DNA of 63,336 bases, the filler included, from Octopus bimaculoides (Eukaryota): assembly GCF_001194135.2 (NCBI RefSeq). It is 9 parts of 7 records of this genome, joined end to end, with 100 filler letters (N's around TTAATTAATTAA, not from the genome) between each part and the next. Parts side by side here need not be neighbours in the genome. Positions count along the whole stretch, not along the records: positions 4,580 to 16,015 come from NC_068984.1; positions 16,116 to 18,501 come from NC_068986.1; positions 18,602 to 21,302 come from NW_026338717.1; positions 21,403 to 36,768 come from NC_069005.1; 5 more parts are not named here. One strand, written 5' to 3'. The notes beneath the pieces were generated by a model. That model did not search any database and was not told the origin of the DNA. It saw nothing but the letters and a program-made list of their open reading frames with translations. Shown here piece after piece: positions 14,021 to 24,784 of this stretch. The translations under genes and the position numbers were made by a program. Within the stretch, counting starts at the first letter, position 1. Every line of letters begins with the position of its first letter.

Positions 14021-14262
14021 ATTAATATAAAGAGCAGTTTCCAATGTTTCACCAAAAAGGAGAATTATAAATGTCACTAAATATGATTTAGGTGTTAGGT
14101 AACACGTACATTGCTAGAAATAAGTGCTAAACATCTCTAATGCAGTAGTTAACACACATGAGCGGTTTGGCTCTTATTTCTAGCAATGTATGTTTCCTAA
14201 CACCCTAGTCACATTTAGTGACATTTGTAAATTTCCTTTTGCAAACTGCTGTTTATATTAAT
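14021..14262. mobile_element. MITE-like foldback with ~95-bp imperfect terminal inverted repeats
   Basis: Left arm ATTAATATAAAGAGCAGTTT...AAATGTCACTAAATATGATTTAGGTGTTAGG...CATTGCTAGAAATAAG pairs with right arm CTTATTTCTAGCAATG...CCTAACACCCTAGTCACATTTAGTGACATTT...AAACTGCTGTTTATATTAAT. Confidence 0.7.
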
Positions 14263-14567
14263 TTTATACATACACATTAGCGAATATCTAAATCATCCAA
14301 TTATTTGGATAACGAAAACATTAATACTAATAACGATGCAAGTCAGGATAGAGCCAATTGTTGAGTGGTCTTAGCTGATGAGACAACGAAAATTGCCGAA
14401 ACCGCTTAAAGTAGATGCACACACGGGTAGGTATCCGACAGTTTTACACACACACACACGGGTAGGTATGCAACAGTTTTACAGTTTCTGTCCACCAGTT
14501 CCAGTTACAATGATATTGGCAGCCGGTGGCTATATTTGAAAGCACAAACCCAAGATGCCACGTAGTA

Positions 14568-14860
14568 GGCGGCGAACTGGCAGAACGGCGGCGAACTGGC
14601 AGAACGGCGGCGAACTGGCAGAACGGCGGCGAGCTGGCAGAAACGTTAGCACGCCGGGCAAAATGCTTAGCGGTATTTCGTTTGCCGCTACGTTCTGAGT
14701 TCAAATTCCGCCGGGGTCGACTTAGCCTTTCATCCTTTCGTGGTCGATAAATTAAGTACCAGTTACGCACTGGGGTTGATGTAATCGACTTAATCCGTTT
14801 GTCTGTCCTTGTTTGTCCTCTCTGTGTGTAGCCCCTTGTGGGGAATAAAAAAAGAAGAAA
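14568..14860 (+). mobile_element. SINE family C (Nin/Deu-like core) with four tandem copies of the 19-bp head
   Basis: GGCGGCGA(A/G)CTGGCAGAA x4, B box GAGTTCAAATTCC, core GTCGACTTAGCCTTTCATCCTTTCG.GGTCGATAAA.TAAGTACCAG. Confidence 0.85.
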
Positions 14861-15880
14861 AAAAAGAAAGGAAACGTAGTATAAGTACAGAAAAAAAATA
14901 GCGAATGTTTTTCAAACAGAGAGATCGGGGAAAAGAAACCGTGATGAGGGAATTAAGCGGAGTGATATAACGGAAGATTTAGAACGCTCTTGTTATAAAA
15001 AGAAGGAGCAAGTGAAAAAGTAGTGCTGCTAAGAAACATCAAAGTTGTTCAGATTGTGAAACTAAAATACTAAACGTGAAATACTTTAAGTTTAATGCAT
15101 AATATCTATGCATGAAACTTTAACTCACATAGAAATAGATATACATTAATAATTGTTTGATCCTGCTTGACCTTTACCTACGCGGTATCGTCGGAAATGC
15201 ATTGAAAAATAGGAAAAACAGCTTAAAATAACGGAAATGGTGTAAATATATTACTACAGTAATAGATAGGTCTTTAACGCTTTTCATATTAAGTTTACGT
15301 AATTATAATGAAGAATTTCTACTACCGTTATCAGGAGCTAATTAAAGGGCTTAAATTGGAAATATGTCACCGAAAGAATTACAACCGTAATATGGTAAAT
15401 TATTAGTTCTAGAAAGTTAAAGTGTGTGACATACTGGGTAACGTCGAAAATGCTTTTAAAACAAATTAGGCAGGCTTAAAATGAAAGACATTCAAGAAAT
15501 GTAGAAAATAGTAATCTTAATTGTAGATCCTGATATCCTCTCGTCACATCCGTAAAATTGAAGAAATATATACTAGAAAATTATTAAATTGCATGTGTGT
15601 TTGAATGTATGTATGCTTTCTTATATAGATGGTAGGTATTTTAATTGGTATATATCCAACGCCTCTTAAAAACCCAATAGAGAACATATATGTGTTTGTG
15701 TGTGTCTTTATTTGCATACTTGTATGTGTGGGTGTGTAACTACTTAATATTATAGCAGTTTCATACCCGATTCCTCAAAAAGAGATCTTTTTGTCATTGG
15801 ATGTCTGTCTCCGTTATTCTGTTCCTTAGTTTTGACTGCCTTCTCAGGAACCATGTTGCTGCTTCAATATTTACAAAAGA

Positions 15881-16015
15881 AGGCAGCGGGCTGGCAGAAA
15901 CGTTAGCACGCCGGGCGAAATGCTTAACAGTATATCGTCTGCCGTTACGTTCAGAGTTCAAATTCCCCCGAGGTTGACTTTGCCTATTCATCTTTTCGGG
16001 GGTCGATAAATTAAG
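15881..16015 (+). mobile_element. SINE family C, 5' part (cut by gap)
   Basis: AGGCAGCGGGCTGGCAGAAACGTTAGCACGCCGGGCG...GAGTTCAAATTCC...GGGGTCGATAAATTAAG. Confidence 0.85.
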
Positions 16016-16116
16016 NNNNNNNNNNNNNNNNNNNNNNNNNNNNNNNNNNNNNNNNNNNNTTAATTAATTAANNNNNNNNNNNNNNNNNNNNNNNNNNNNN
16101 NNNNNNNNNNNNNNNA

Positions 16117-16975
16117 TTATTAAGGCGGTGAGCTGGCAGAATCGTTAGCATGCCGGGCAAAATATTTCGCGGCTTTTAGTCCGTCTTTACGATCTGGGTT
16201 TAGATTCTACCGAGGTCGACTTTGCCTTTCATCCTTTCTTGGTCAATGTAGTTGACTAGCCCCTTTCTCCAGGCCTTGTGCTTATAGCAGAAAGTAAAGG
16301 CGGCGAGATGGTAGACTCGTTAGCACACCCAGCGAAATGTTCAGCGGTATTTCGTCTGCTTTCATGTTCTGAGTTCAAATTCCGCCAAGGTCGACTTTGC
16401 CTTTCATCCTTTCGGGGTCGATAAAATAAGTATTAGTTGAGTATTGGGCTCGATGTAATCGACTATCTCCCTTCCCACTAAATTTCAGGCCTTCTGCTTA
16501 TGGTAGAAAGAATCATTATTATTATTAAGGTGGTGAGCTGTCAGAATTGTTGGCATGCCGGGAAAAATGTTTGGTAGCATCTAGTCAGTTTTTACGTTCT
16601 GAGTTCAAATTCCACCTAGGTCGACTCTGCCTTTCATCCCTTCGGGAATCGATAAAATAAGTACCAGTGGAGCACTGGGGTCGCTGTAATCAACTTACTC
16701 CTTCCTCGAAATTGCTGGCCTTGTGCCAAAATTTGAAACCATTATGAAGGCTGCGAACTAGCAGAATCGTTAGCATGCTTGTCAAAATGCTTAGCGGTAT
16801 TTCGTCTGTTCAAATGCCTCCTTACATGCTTTCGGGTCGATGAAATAAGTACTAGTCAAGTACTGGTAACTTCTACGGCTACTAAAACTACTGTATCGAT
16901 GTATCGACCTGCTCCTTCCACTCGAAATTCCTGGCTCGTGCCAAAATTAAGAAGACTTAGTATAATCATAATAAT
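16117..16975 (+). mobile_element. Head-to-tail array of four SINE family C copies
   Basis: Heads AAGG(C/T)GG..AGCTGGCAGAATCGTTAGC at about 16122, 16297, 16527 and 16747; several units end in short (ATT)n before the next head. Confidence 0.85.
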
Positions 16976-16977
16976 TA

Positions 16978-17027
16978 CTGTTGTTGTTGTTACTACTACT
17001 ACTACCTTCACCACCACCACCACCACC

Positions 17028-17079
<52 letters not shown>

Positions 17080-17145
17080 GTAGTAGTACTACTACTACTA
17101 CATTTTCTGCTACTACTACTACTGGTGGTGGTGGTGGTGGTGGTG

Positions 17146-17183
<38 letters not shown>

Positions 17184-17222
17184 TTCAGCTGTAGTAGTAA
17201 TGGTAGTAGTTTTAGTAGCCGT
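16978..17222. repeat. Compound trinucleotide microsatellite (GTT/ACT/ACC/GGT/AGT)
   Basis: Directly visible; source of the spurious poly-T, poly-V and poly-L ORFs. Confidence 0.95.
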
Positions 17223-17911
17223 AAAAGTTACCATTTCATCTAAAATGAAATAAAGTCACCAAACATCCTACCGCACCATTAATGTGCAAGCAATAATTAC
17301 ATCGCGTTTACATCTATTAAATTATGTCCTATCACTTGCTTTTTTCTAAATACGGGTTCATATGATCCCAGCTTCTCTAGCTTCCCTTACTGAAACCCCC
17401 ATCTATTACTGGCAACATTTAAATAATTCACAAAAATGTTTTTGAATGATTAGTGTTCTCTACCCGCAGATTTACTATTAGCAGTACGGAACACCCAGCC
17501 GAAACGTCTCCATGTCTATTCACACCCCTGGAGCTAAATGACCCTTACTAACTCCCCAGGCTGTAATATTCAGTCTTACTTTCTTAGAAGTTGTGAAGCG
17601 GAGATGTTAACTTCATAATTTTAAAAGTGTGTGTCTGGGACTTGAACTACTTATATTAACGTTAGAATAAACTCAGACTTAACAATGTCATTATGAATTA
17701 CGCTTTACAATGGACGACACTTGACAGTGATGCATTTCTTTTCTCGATTTTGCTTTCATAATTTTTTTTTTTTTGTGTATATAGACATGTATGAAGAAAC
17801 GCACACGTGTATATGTAGGTACGTATATGTATTTGTGAGTGTGTGTATGCATACACATATATACATGTATGTACACACACACAGACATGCATACCTACCT
17901 ACATACATACG

Positions 17912-18271
17912 TTCTTTTATTCTTTTATTTGTTTCAGTCATTTGACTGCTGCCATGCTGGAGCACCGCCTTTAGTTGAACAAATTGACCCCCAGGACTTT
18001 GTAAGCTTAGTACTTATTCTATCGGTGTCTTATCGCTAAGTTACGGGGACATAAACACACCAATATCGGTTTCAAGCGATGGTGGGGGGGGAACAAACAC
18101 AGACACATAAACACACACACATATACGACAGGCTTCTTTAAGTTTCCATCTACTAAATCCACTCACAAATCCACTCACGAGACACCTGCCCAGTGTGCCA
18201 CGCAGTGGGACTGAACCCGGAACCATGTGGTTGGTAAGCAAGCTACTTACCACACAGCCATTCCTGCGCCT
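17912..18271 (-). mobile_element. SINE family B, near full length
   Basis: Head AGGCGCAGGAATGGCTGTGTGGTAAG through the TGACTGAAACAAATAAAAGAATAAAAG tail on the minus strand. Confidence 0.9.
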
Positions 18272-18294
18272 GACATACATACAAGCAAACACAC

Positions 18295-18333
<39 letters not shown>

Positions 18334-18601
18334 CATACATACATACATACATATATATATATTGCTCACCTATTCTTCTACTTCCTCCCTTTGTTTCTCC
18401 CTCTACCACTCTCTCTCTTCCCCTTACTCCGGCATGGTCACATGCTTCCGGTCAATAATCCTTTTCTTCCTTGGCTATCGCCGAGCAAACACGCGAACTT
18501 ANNNNNNNNNNNNNNNNNNNNNNNNNNNNNNNNNNNNNNNNNNNNTTAATTAATTAANNNNNNNNNNNNNNNNNNNNNNNNNNNNNNNNNNNNNNNNNNN
18601 N

Positions 18602-21302
18602 GATGCCCTTCCTAATGCCAATCACTTTGAAAGTGTAGCGGGTGCTTTTACATGCCACTAGCACGGGGGCCAGTCACACAGTACTGGCAACGGCCACGCT
18701 CAAAAAGGTGTCTTTTACATGCCACCTGCATGGGAGCCAGTCCAGCGGCACTGGCAATGACCTCGCTCAAACGATTTTCTAACATGCCACAAGCACAAGT
18801 AGAAGGCAATGCTGGTAACAATTACGCTCAAATGGTGCTATTTACAGACCACTAGCACAAAAGCCAGACAGCTGCTCTGGCAATAAACACGCTTGAGCAG
18901 TGCTGTTAGTGCTCCACTGGCGCAGGTGCCAGTCATCGAATATGGTTCAATCATGATTTCGATTTCACTTGCCTCAACAAGTCTTCACAAGCAGAGTTTA
19001 GTGTCCAATCAAGGAGAGGTTGGCATGGGTGCCAGTCATCGGATTCGGTTCGATTTTGATTTCAGATTTCAAATTCCAAATTCCAAAATCACTTGCCTCA
19101 ACAGGTCTTCGCAAGCAGGGTTTTTAGTGTCCNNNNNNNNNNNNNNNNNNNNNNNNNNNNNNNNNNNNNNNNNNNNNNNNNNNNNNNNNNNNNNNNNNNN
19201 NNNNNNNNNNNNNNNNNNNNNNNNNNNNNNNNNNNNNNNNNNNNNNNNNNNNNNNNNNNNNNNNNNNNNNNNNNNNNNNNNNNNNNNNNNNNNNNNNNNN
19301 NNNNNNNNNNNNNNNNNNNNNNNNNNNNNNNNNNNNNNNNNNNNNNNNNNNNNNNNNNNNNNNNNNNNNNNNNNNNNNNNNNNNNNNNNNNNNNNNNNNN
19401 NNNNNNNNNNNNNNNNNNNNNNNNNNNNNNNNNNNNNNNNNNNNNNNNNNNNNNNNNNNNNNNNNNNNNNNNNNNNNNNNNNNNNNNNNNNNNNNNNNNN
19501 NNNNNNNNNNNNNNNNNNNNNNNNNNNNNNNNNNNNNNNNNNNNNNNNNNNNNNNNNNNNNNNNNNNNNNNNNNNNNNNNNNNNNNNNNNNNNNNNNNNN
19601 NNNNNNNNNNNNNNNNNNNNNNNNNNNNNNNNNNNNNNNNNNNNNNNNNNNNNNNNNNNNNNNNNNNNNNNNNNNNNNNNNNNNNNNNNNNNNNNNNNNN
19701 NNNNNNNNNNNNNNNNNNNNNNNNNNNNNNNNNNNNNNNNNNNNNNNNNNNNNNNNNNNNNNNNNNNNNNNNNNNNNNNNNNNNNNNNNNNNNNNNNNNN
19801 NNNNNNNNNNNNNNNNNNNNNNNNNNNNNNNNNNNNNNNNNNNNNNNNNNNNNNNNNNNNNNNNNNNNNNNNNNNNNNNNNNNNNNNNNNNNNNNNNNNN
19901 NNNNNNNNNNNNNNNNNNNNNNNNNNNNNNNNNNNNNNNNNNNNNNNAGGTACTTACACTCTGTTGAGTATGCACACTGACATTACACATCCAGCGGAGC
20001 ATTCTGGCTTCGTTTCTTGCAAGCTTATGCATGTCCTCAGCAGTCACGGCCCATGTTTCACTGCCATATAGCATGGTTGTTTGTACACATGCGTCATACA
20101 GTCTGCCTTTTACTCTGAGTGAGAGGCTCCTTGTCACCAGCAGAGGTAAGAGCTCTCTAAACTTTGCCCAGGCTATTCTTATTCTAGCAGCTACACTTTC
20201 ACTGAACCCTCCCCAGCTACAAACTTGGTTACCTAGGTAGCGGAAGCTATCAACTACTAATATTTCTACCTGGACTGTGGCAAAGGTTGTTTTCTTCACA
20301 TTTTCAGTGTTTATTGCTCCTGAGCATCTGCCACATACAAAAAGTATCTTGCTAGTTAGTCTTCCTTTGATATTGCTACACTTCTTATGTGTCCATAGCT
20401 TACACTGTGTACATCTTATGGAGTTTCTACCTACGCCTTTTCTACAGATTGAGCAGGGTCACCTGAAGGGGTTTGTGTTTTGTCTACCTTCCTACTTATT
20501 AGGATTTTGGTTTTAGCTAGGTTGACTCTAAGGCCTTTCGACTCTTGTCCTTGCTTCCAACCTGAAACTTCTCATTTAGTTCTGATAGTGACTCAGCAAT
20601 TAGTGCAAGGTCATCAGAACAGAGGAGCTCCCAGGGGCACCCCATCTTGAATTCCTGTGTTATTGCCTGATGGACTATGATAAATAGGAGGGGCTGTAGA
20701 CTGAACTTTGGTGGACCGGAATTCTTCACTGTACTCATTGCCAACCTTCACCTTACTGACAGCATCTCTGTAAATGGCTCGCACAGCTCTCACTAACCAT
20801 TCTTCTATCCCTAGTTTCCTCATTGACCACCAGATAAGGGAGCGGGGTACCCTGTCAAAGGCTTTCTCCATGTCAACGAAAGCCAGGTACAGAGGTTTAT
20901 CCTTGGCTAGGTATTTCTCCTGCAGCTGTCTTACCAGAAATATAGCATCAGTGGTGCTTTTTCCTGGAACGAACCCAAACTGCATCTCATCTAAACTGAC
21001 TCTCTCCCTAATTCGTTGGGCTATGACCCTCTCGGTGACCTTCATTACCTGATACCTCTATAATTGTTTGTGTCTAACGCGTCACCTTTACCTTTGACTA
21101 TGGTGCTGCTACACCAGTCATTGGATATGACTCCTTCGTGTTTCACCTGGTTAACTATATGGGTGACTAGGCTATAGTCAACACTGCCAGATATTTTAAG
21201 CATCTCTGCAGTGATTCCTGATGGGCTGGGGATTTCACTGTCATCATACTCATGATTGCTTTATCTACCAAGGTACTGTCAATTAGGATAGCTGGTCCCT
21301 CT
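18602..21302 (-). mobile_element. RTE-clade LINE, 3' part of ORF2 (reverse transcriptase) plus 3' UTR, disrupted; interior gap
   Basis: Minus ORFs read QFGFVPGKSTTDAIF...LAFVDMEKAFDRVPR, then ELLCSDDLAL (YADD degenerated), then SFRYLG...RIAWAKFRELLP...TMLYGSETWA. Frameshifts and stops are present. The 3' end reads GGCATTAGGAAGGGCATC. Confidence 0.92.
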
Positions 21303-21402
21303 NNNNNNNNNNNNNNNNNNNNNNNNNNNNNNNNNNNNNNNNNNNNTTAATTAATTAANNNNNNNNNNNNNNNNNNNNNNNNNNNNNNNNNNNNNNNNNN
21401 NN

Positions 21403-21449
<47 letters not shown>

Positions 21450-21835
21450 ATATATATACGTATGTACACTTACATATCACATCTATCTGTCTGTTTGATG
21501 ATGCCTACTTAATGTTGCTGGAAATACGTTTTCCAAATAGAAAACAGCTGCCAACCGATGCTAGACAAAACTAATGGATCGTTCCGATGTTAAATACTTT
21601 AGGTCGTCGTCGCTGTTGTATAGTGCGGTTGGTTATCTGTATATGTGAGATGAAGCATTATATTTGCGTGTACCTATGCGCGCTCGTATTTACTAGTTCG
21701 TATGTATGTTTGCGCGCGCGCGCGCGTGTGTGTATATATTTATATATATATATATATATATATATCCATGCATATATAGGCATACGTGCGAACATATTTA
21801 TAACTTTATATCAAGCTCTCTCCCTTGCTGTACAT

Positions 21836-21891
<56 letters not shown>

Positions 21892-21896
21892 CAGAC

Positions 21897-21947
<51 letters not shown>

Positions 21948-21948
21948 C

Positions 21949-21995
<47 letters not shown>

Positions 21996-21996
21996 C

Positions 21997-22036
<40 letters not shown>
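21836..22036. repeat. (GATA)n tetranucleotide array with GACA interruptions
   Basis: Directly visible; source of the (IYLS)n ORFs. Confidence 0.97.
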
Positions 22037-22458
22037 GTATTGGAATGTTTGGGGTGGGGAATAAACATAGTTCCATCATGGCCATTATACACCGAAAAAT
22101 CAAGTCAAAGAATCTGAACAAATTTGATATATACGATATGTGAAAACGAACGAAAAGCCTACGTGATTAAAAACCACATAAAGTGTTGTTGATATCATAC
22201 CAAAAGTTTCATGCAAGTGTTTTGCAATTATTCGATCGTAGCTTTAATGATAGTAGCAATCCTGATATCTATATAAACGAGAGTGCGGCAGGAGATCTCA
22301 TGTGATCACAAATGATAAGTAAACAAAGGATCTGGGTAAGCAAATGAAAAGAAGCAACCATTCGGTAGATTGTGGAGTTGATTTTCTCCTTTGTAATTGT
22401 ACTGTGAAGGGCCTACAACCGAAAAGACTCTTGTTGACAGAGTTCATACATAATAAAT

Positions 22459-22849
22459 CTTTTATCTTTTACTTGTTTCAGTCATTAGATGTGACCATGC
22501 TGGGGCACCATCTTGAAGAAATTTTAGTCGAATGAATAGACCCCAGTACTTTTTTTTCTTTTCAGCCTGGTATTTATTCCATCGGTGTCTTTTGCCGAGC
22601 CGCTAAGTTTTTGGGGCATAAACACACCATCAGCGGTTGTCAAAGAGTAGTGGGGGACAAACACAAACACAAAGACACACACACACATAGATATATAAAT
22701 ACATACACACGACGGGCTTCTTTCAGTTTCCGTCTACCGAAACCACTCACAAGGAGTTGGTCAGCCCGAGGCTATACCAGAAGACACTTTCTTAAAGTGC
22801 CACGCAATAAGACTTAAGCTGAAAGGCAAGTTTCTTACCACGCAGCCAC
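22459..22849 (-). mobile_element. SINE family B, diverged
   Basis: TGTTTCAGTCATTAGATGTGACCATGCTGGGGCACC...GACGGGCTTCTTTCAGTTTCCGTCTACC...TTACCACGCAGCCAC. Confidence 0.85.
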
Positions 22850-23461
22850 AAAGCAACACCTTCGCTTATGAATATTTGTACAATTGATAATTGATACACC
22901 TCTTAAGCGTTTGCACTGATATATACACACAGACATAGATACATGCACAATGGCTGTCTACTCGTTGGATGCGTAAGACCATTACTGCCAAAGTGTTTTT
23001 TGTTGTTATCCGTCTTTTTCAGTAGCCATGATACCTACAATGGCTTTTAAAGTCAGCAAGTGACTTGTATTTTCGTTGTAGATGCGTCATTTTCTGCTCA
23101 TGTGTTGCAGTTGGCTGTGCTTTCGGTACAATGCATCGTATAATGCTATACTTCATCGTGTGAGTGTGCGTATATGCAGGTTGTATGCATATACATATAC
23201 ATGGAGGGTGAGTGTATGTGTATGTGCGTGCGTGTGTGTGTGTGTGTTTGTTTAATTTCTTCAATTTCTTGGGTTGACTCTCGTCACAAACATCTGGAAG
23301 ATATATTTCATGTGTTTATCTTAAGAGAACAGCTAGCTCTACCGACATGACATGACTGATGAGTTGTGCATGAAACAAGGGACATTCTTACTGTGATGGA
23401 ACAGTACAGTGAATCAGCGTATAAACATTTATCATAACGAATATGGCTTCAAATATAAGCG

Positions 23462-23642
23462 CAAGGCCAGCAATTTTTGGTGAAGCAGTAAGTCGAGTTC
23501 AACTCGTATTCGTTTTATCAACGTCGAAAGGATGAAAGACAAAACTCAACCTCGGCGAAATTTGAATTCAGAACGTAAAGATGGGCGAAATCCCGCTAAG
23601 TATTTTCCCGGTGCACTAATGGCTCTCCTAGTTCGTCGACTT
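23462..23642 (-). mobile_element. SINE family C, diverged
   Basis: AGGCCAGCAATTTT...GAAAGGATGAAAG...ATTTGAATTCAGAACGTAAAG...GCTAAGTATTTTCCCGG is the reverse complement of the family C body. Confidence 0.75.
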
Positions 23643-23659
23643 ATTTATCGTAAGTAATT

Positions 23660-24782
23660 TGAGAAGTTAAGGTAGAACTGCTTTCTGTGGTGCAGTACGT
23701 CTACCAATATAGAGTCCTTAGTATTTCGGCACCTATTACGATGGAGTGCTCATGCGGGGAAGATAAAAGGTGATCACATCCCAATGCAATTATTGTATGC
23801 TTATTTAGCCTAGGGGAGACGCAATAGCCCAATGGTTAGGGCAGCGGACTCGCGGTCATAGGATCGCGGTTTCGATTCCCAGACCGGGCGTTGTGAGTGT
23901 TTATTGGGCGAAAACACCTAAAGCTTCACGCGGCTCCGGCAGGGGATGGTGGCGAACCCTGCTGTACTCTTTCACCACAACTTTCTCTCACTCTTTCTTC
24001 CTGTTTCTGTTGTACCTGTATTTCAAAGGGCCAGCCTTGTCACACTCTGTGTCACGCTGAATATCCCCGAGAACTACGTTAAGGGTACACGTGTCTGTGG
24101 AGTGCTCAGCCACTTTCACGTTAATTTCATGAGCAGGCTGTTCCGTTGATTGGATCAACTGGAACCCTCGTCGTCGTAACTGACGGAGTGCCAACAGATT
24201 TAGCCTAGGGTAAAAGAGCAGTGCACAAACTGAAGATGAAGTGTGAGGATTGCGTTAATAACAATGAAGATCAAAATCTTGAAAATTAAATGAGAAAATC
24301 TCATTCGATATCGTTCATTGTGGGGAAATGCAGTGTATGATAGAAGGAGGAGAATTTGAACAAAACTGCATCAAAGATGAACAACTCAAGAGAGATGTTT
24401 GTAAGGGTTTTGATGTGAATTTTCCTGTGTATGTTGCCGCGCAGACTCGTTTAACATGTGACGAGTGTGAGCGTGTCTAAGTAAGGAAGTCAGTAGAGAA
24501 GCCACACACAGGGAAGTTGTTAATTATGCTTTATACGCCAATTCATTTTTCAGGTAGTGTGAAAAAGAATGTGCATCAGTAAGCGGACTGAAACATCGTG
24601 CGAAGATTCACCAAAACAATATGGTCACACTTGTTGCAAGAGGTGCCCATCGTTGCCACATCTGTACAAAAGAGTGTAAGTCTGAAGCAAGACTGAAAAG
24701 CCACGTTTGTGTTGGTTATGTCTTTGAGAGAAAGCAAGCGATGGCATTACTTGAAATTGAGTTGCTGCCATCTTGTGTATAG
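23660..24782 (+). mobile_element. RTE (BovB-like) LINE 3' fragment with C-terminal C2H2-like fingers, split by a SINE A insertion
   Basis: Removing the SINE joins LLRWSAHAGKIKGDHIPMQLLYAYLA*GKRAVHKLKMK, followed (with frameshifts) by RSLWGNAV, FEQNCIKDEQLKRDV and CHICTKECKSEARLKSH. Confidence 0.7.
23816..24197 (+). mobile_element. SINE family A, full length, with 13-bp TSD
   Basis: tRNA-like head (A box TAGCCCAATGG, B box GGTTTCGATTCCC); ATTTAGCCTAGGG at 23803-23815 and 24198-24210. Confidence 0.95.
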
Positions 24783-24784
24783 GG

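Noticed and set aside
21712-21731. (GC)n-(GT)n alternation with Z-DNA potential
   Set aside because: Ordinary microsatellite variant with no associated feature.
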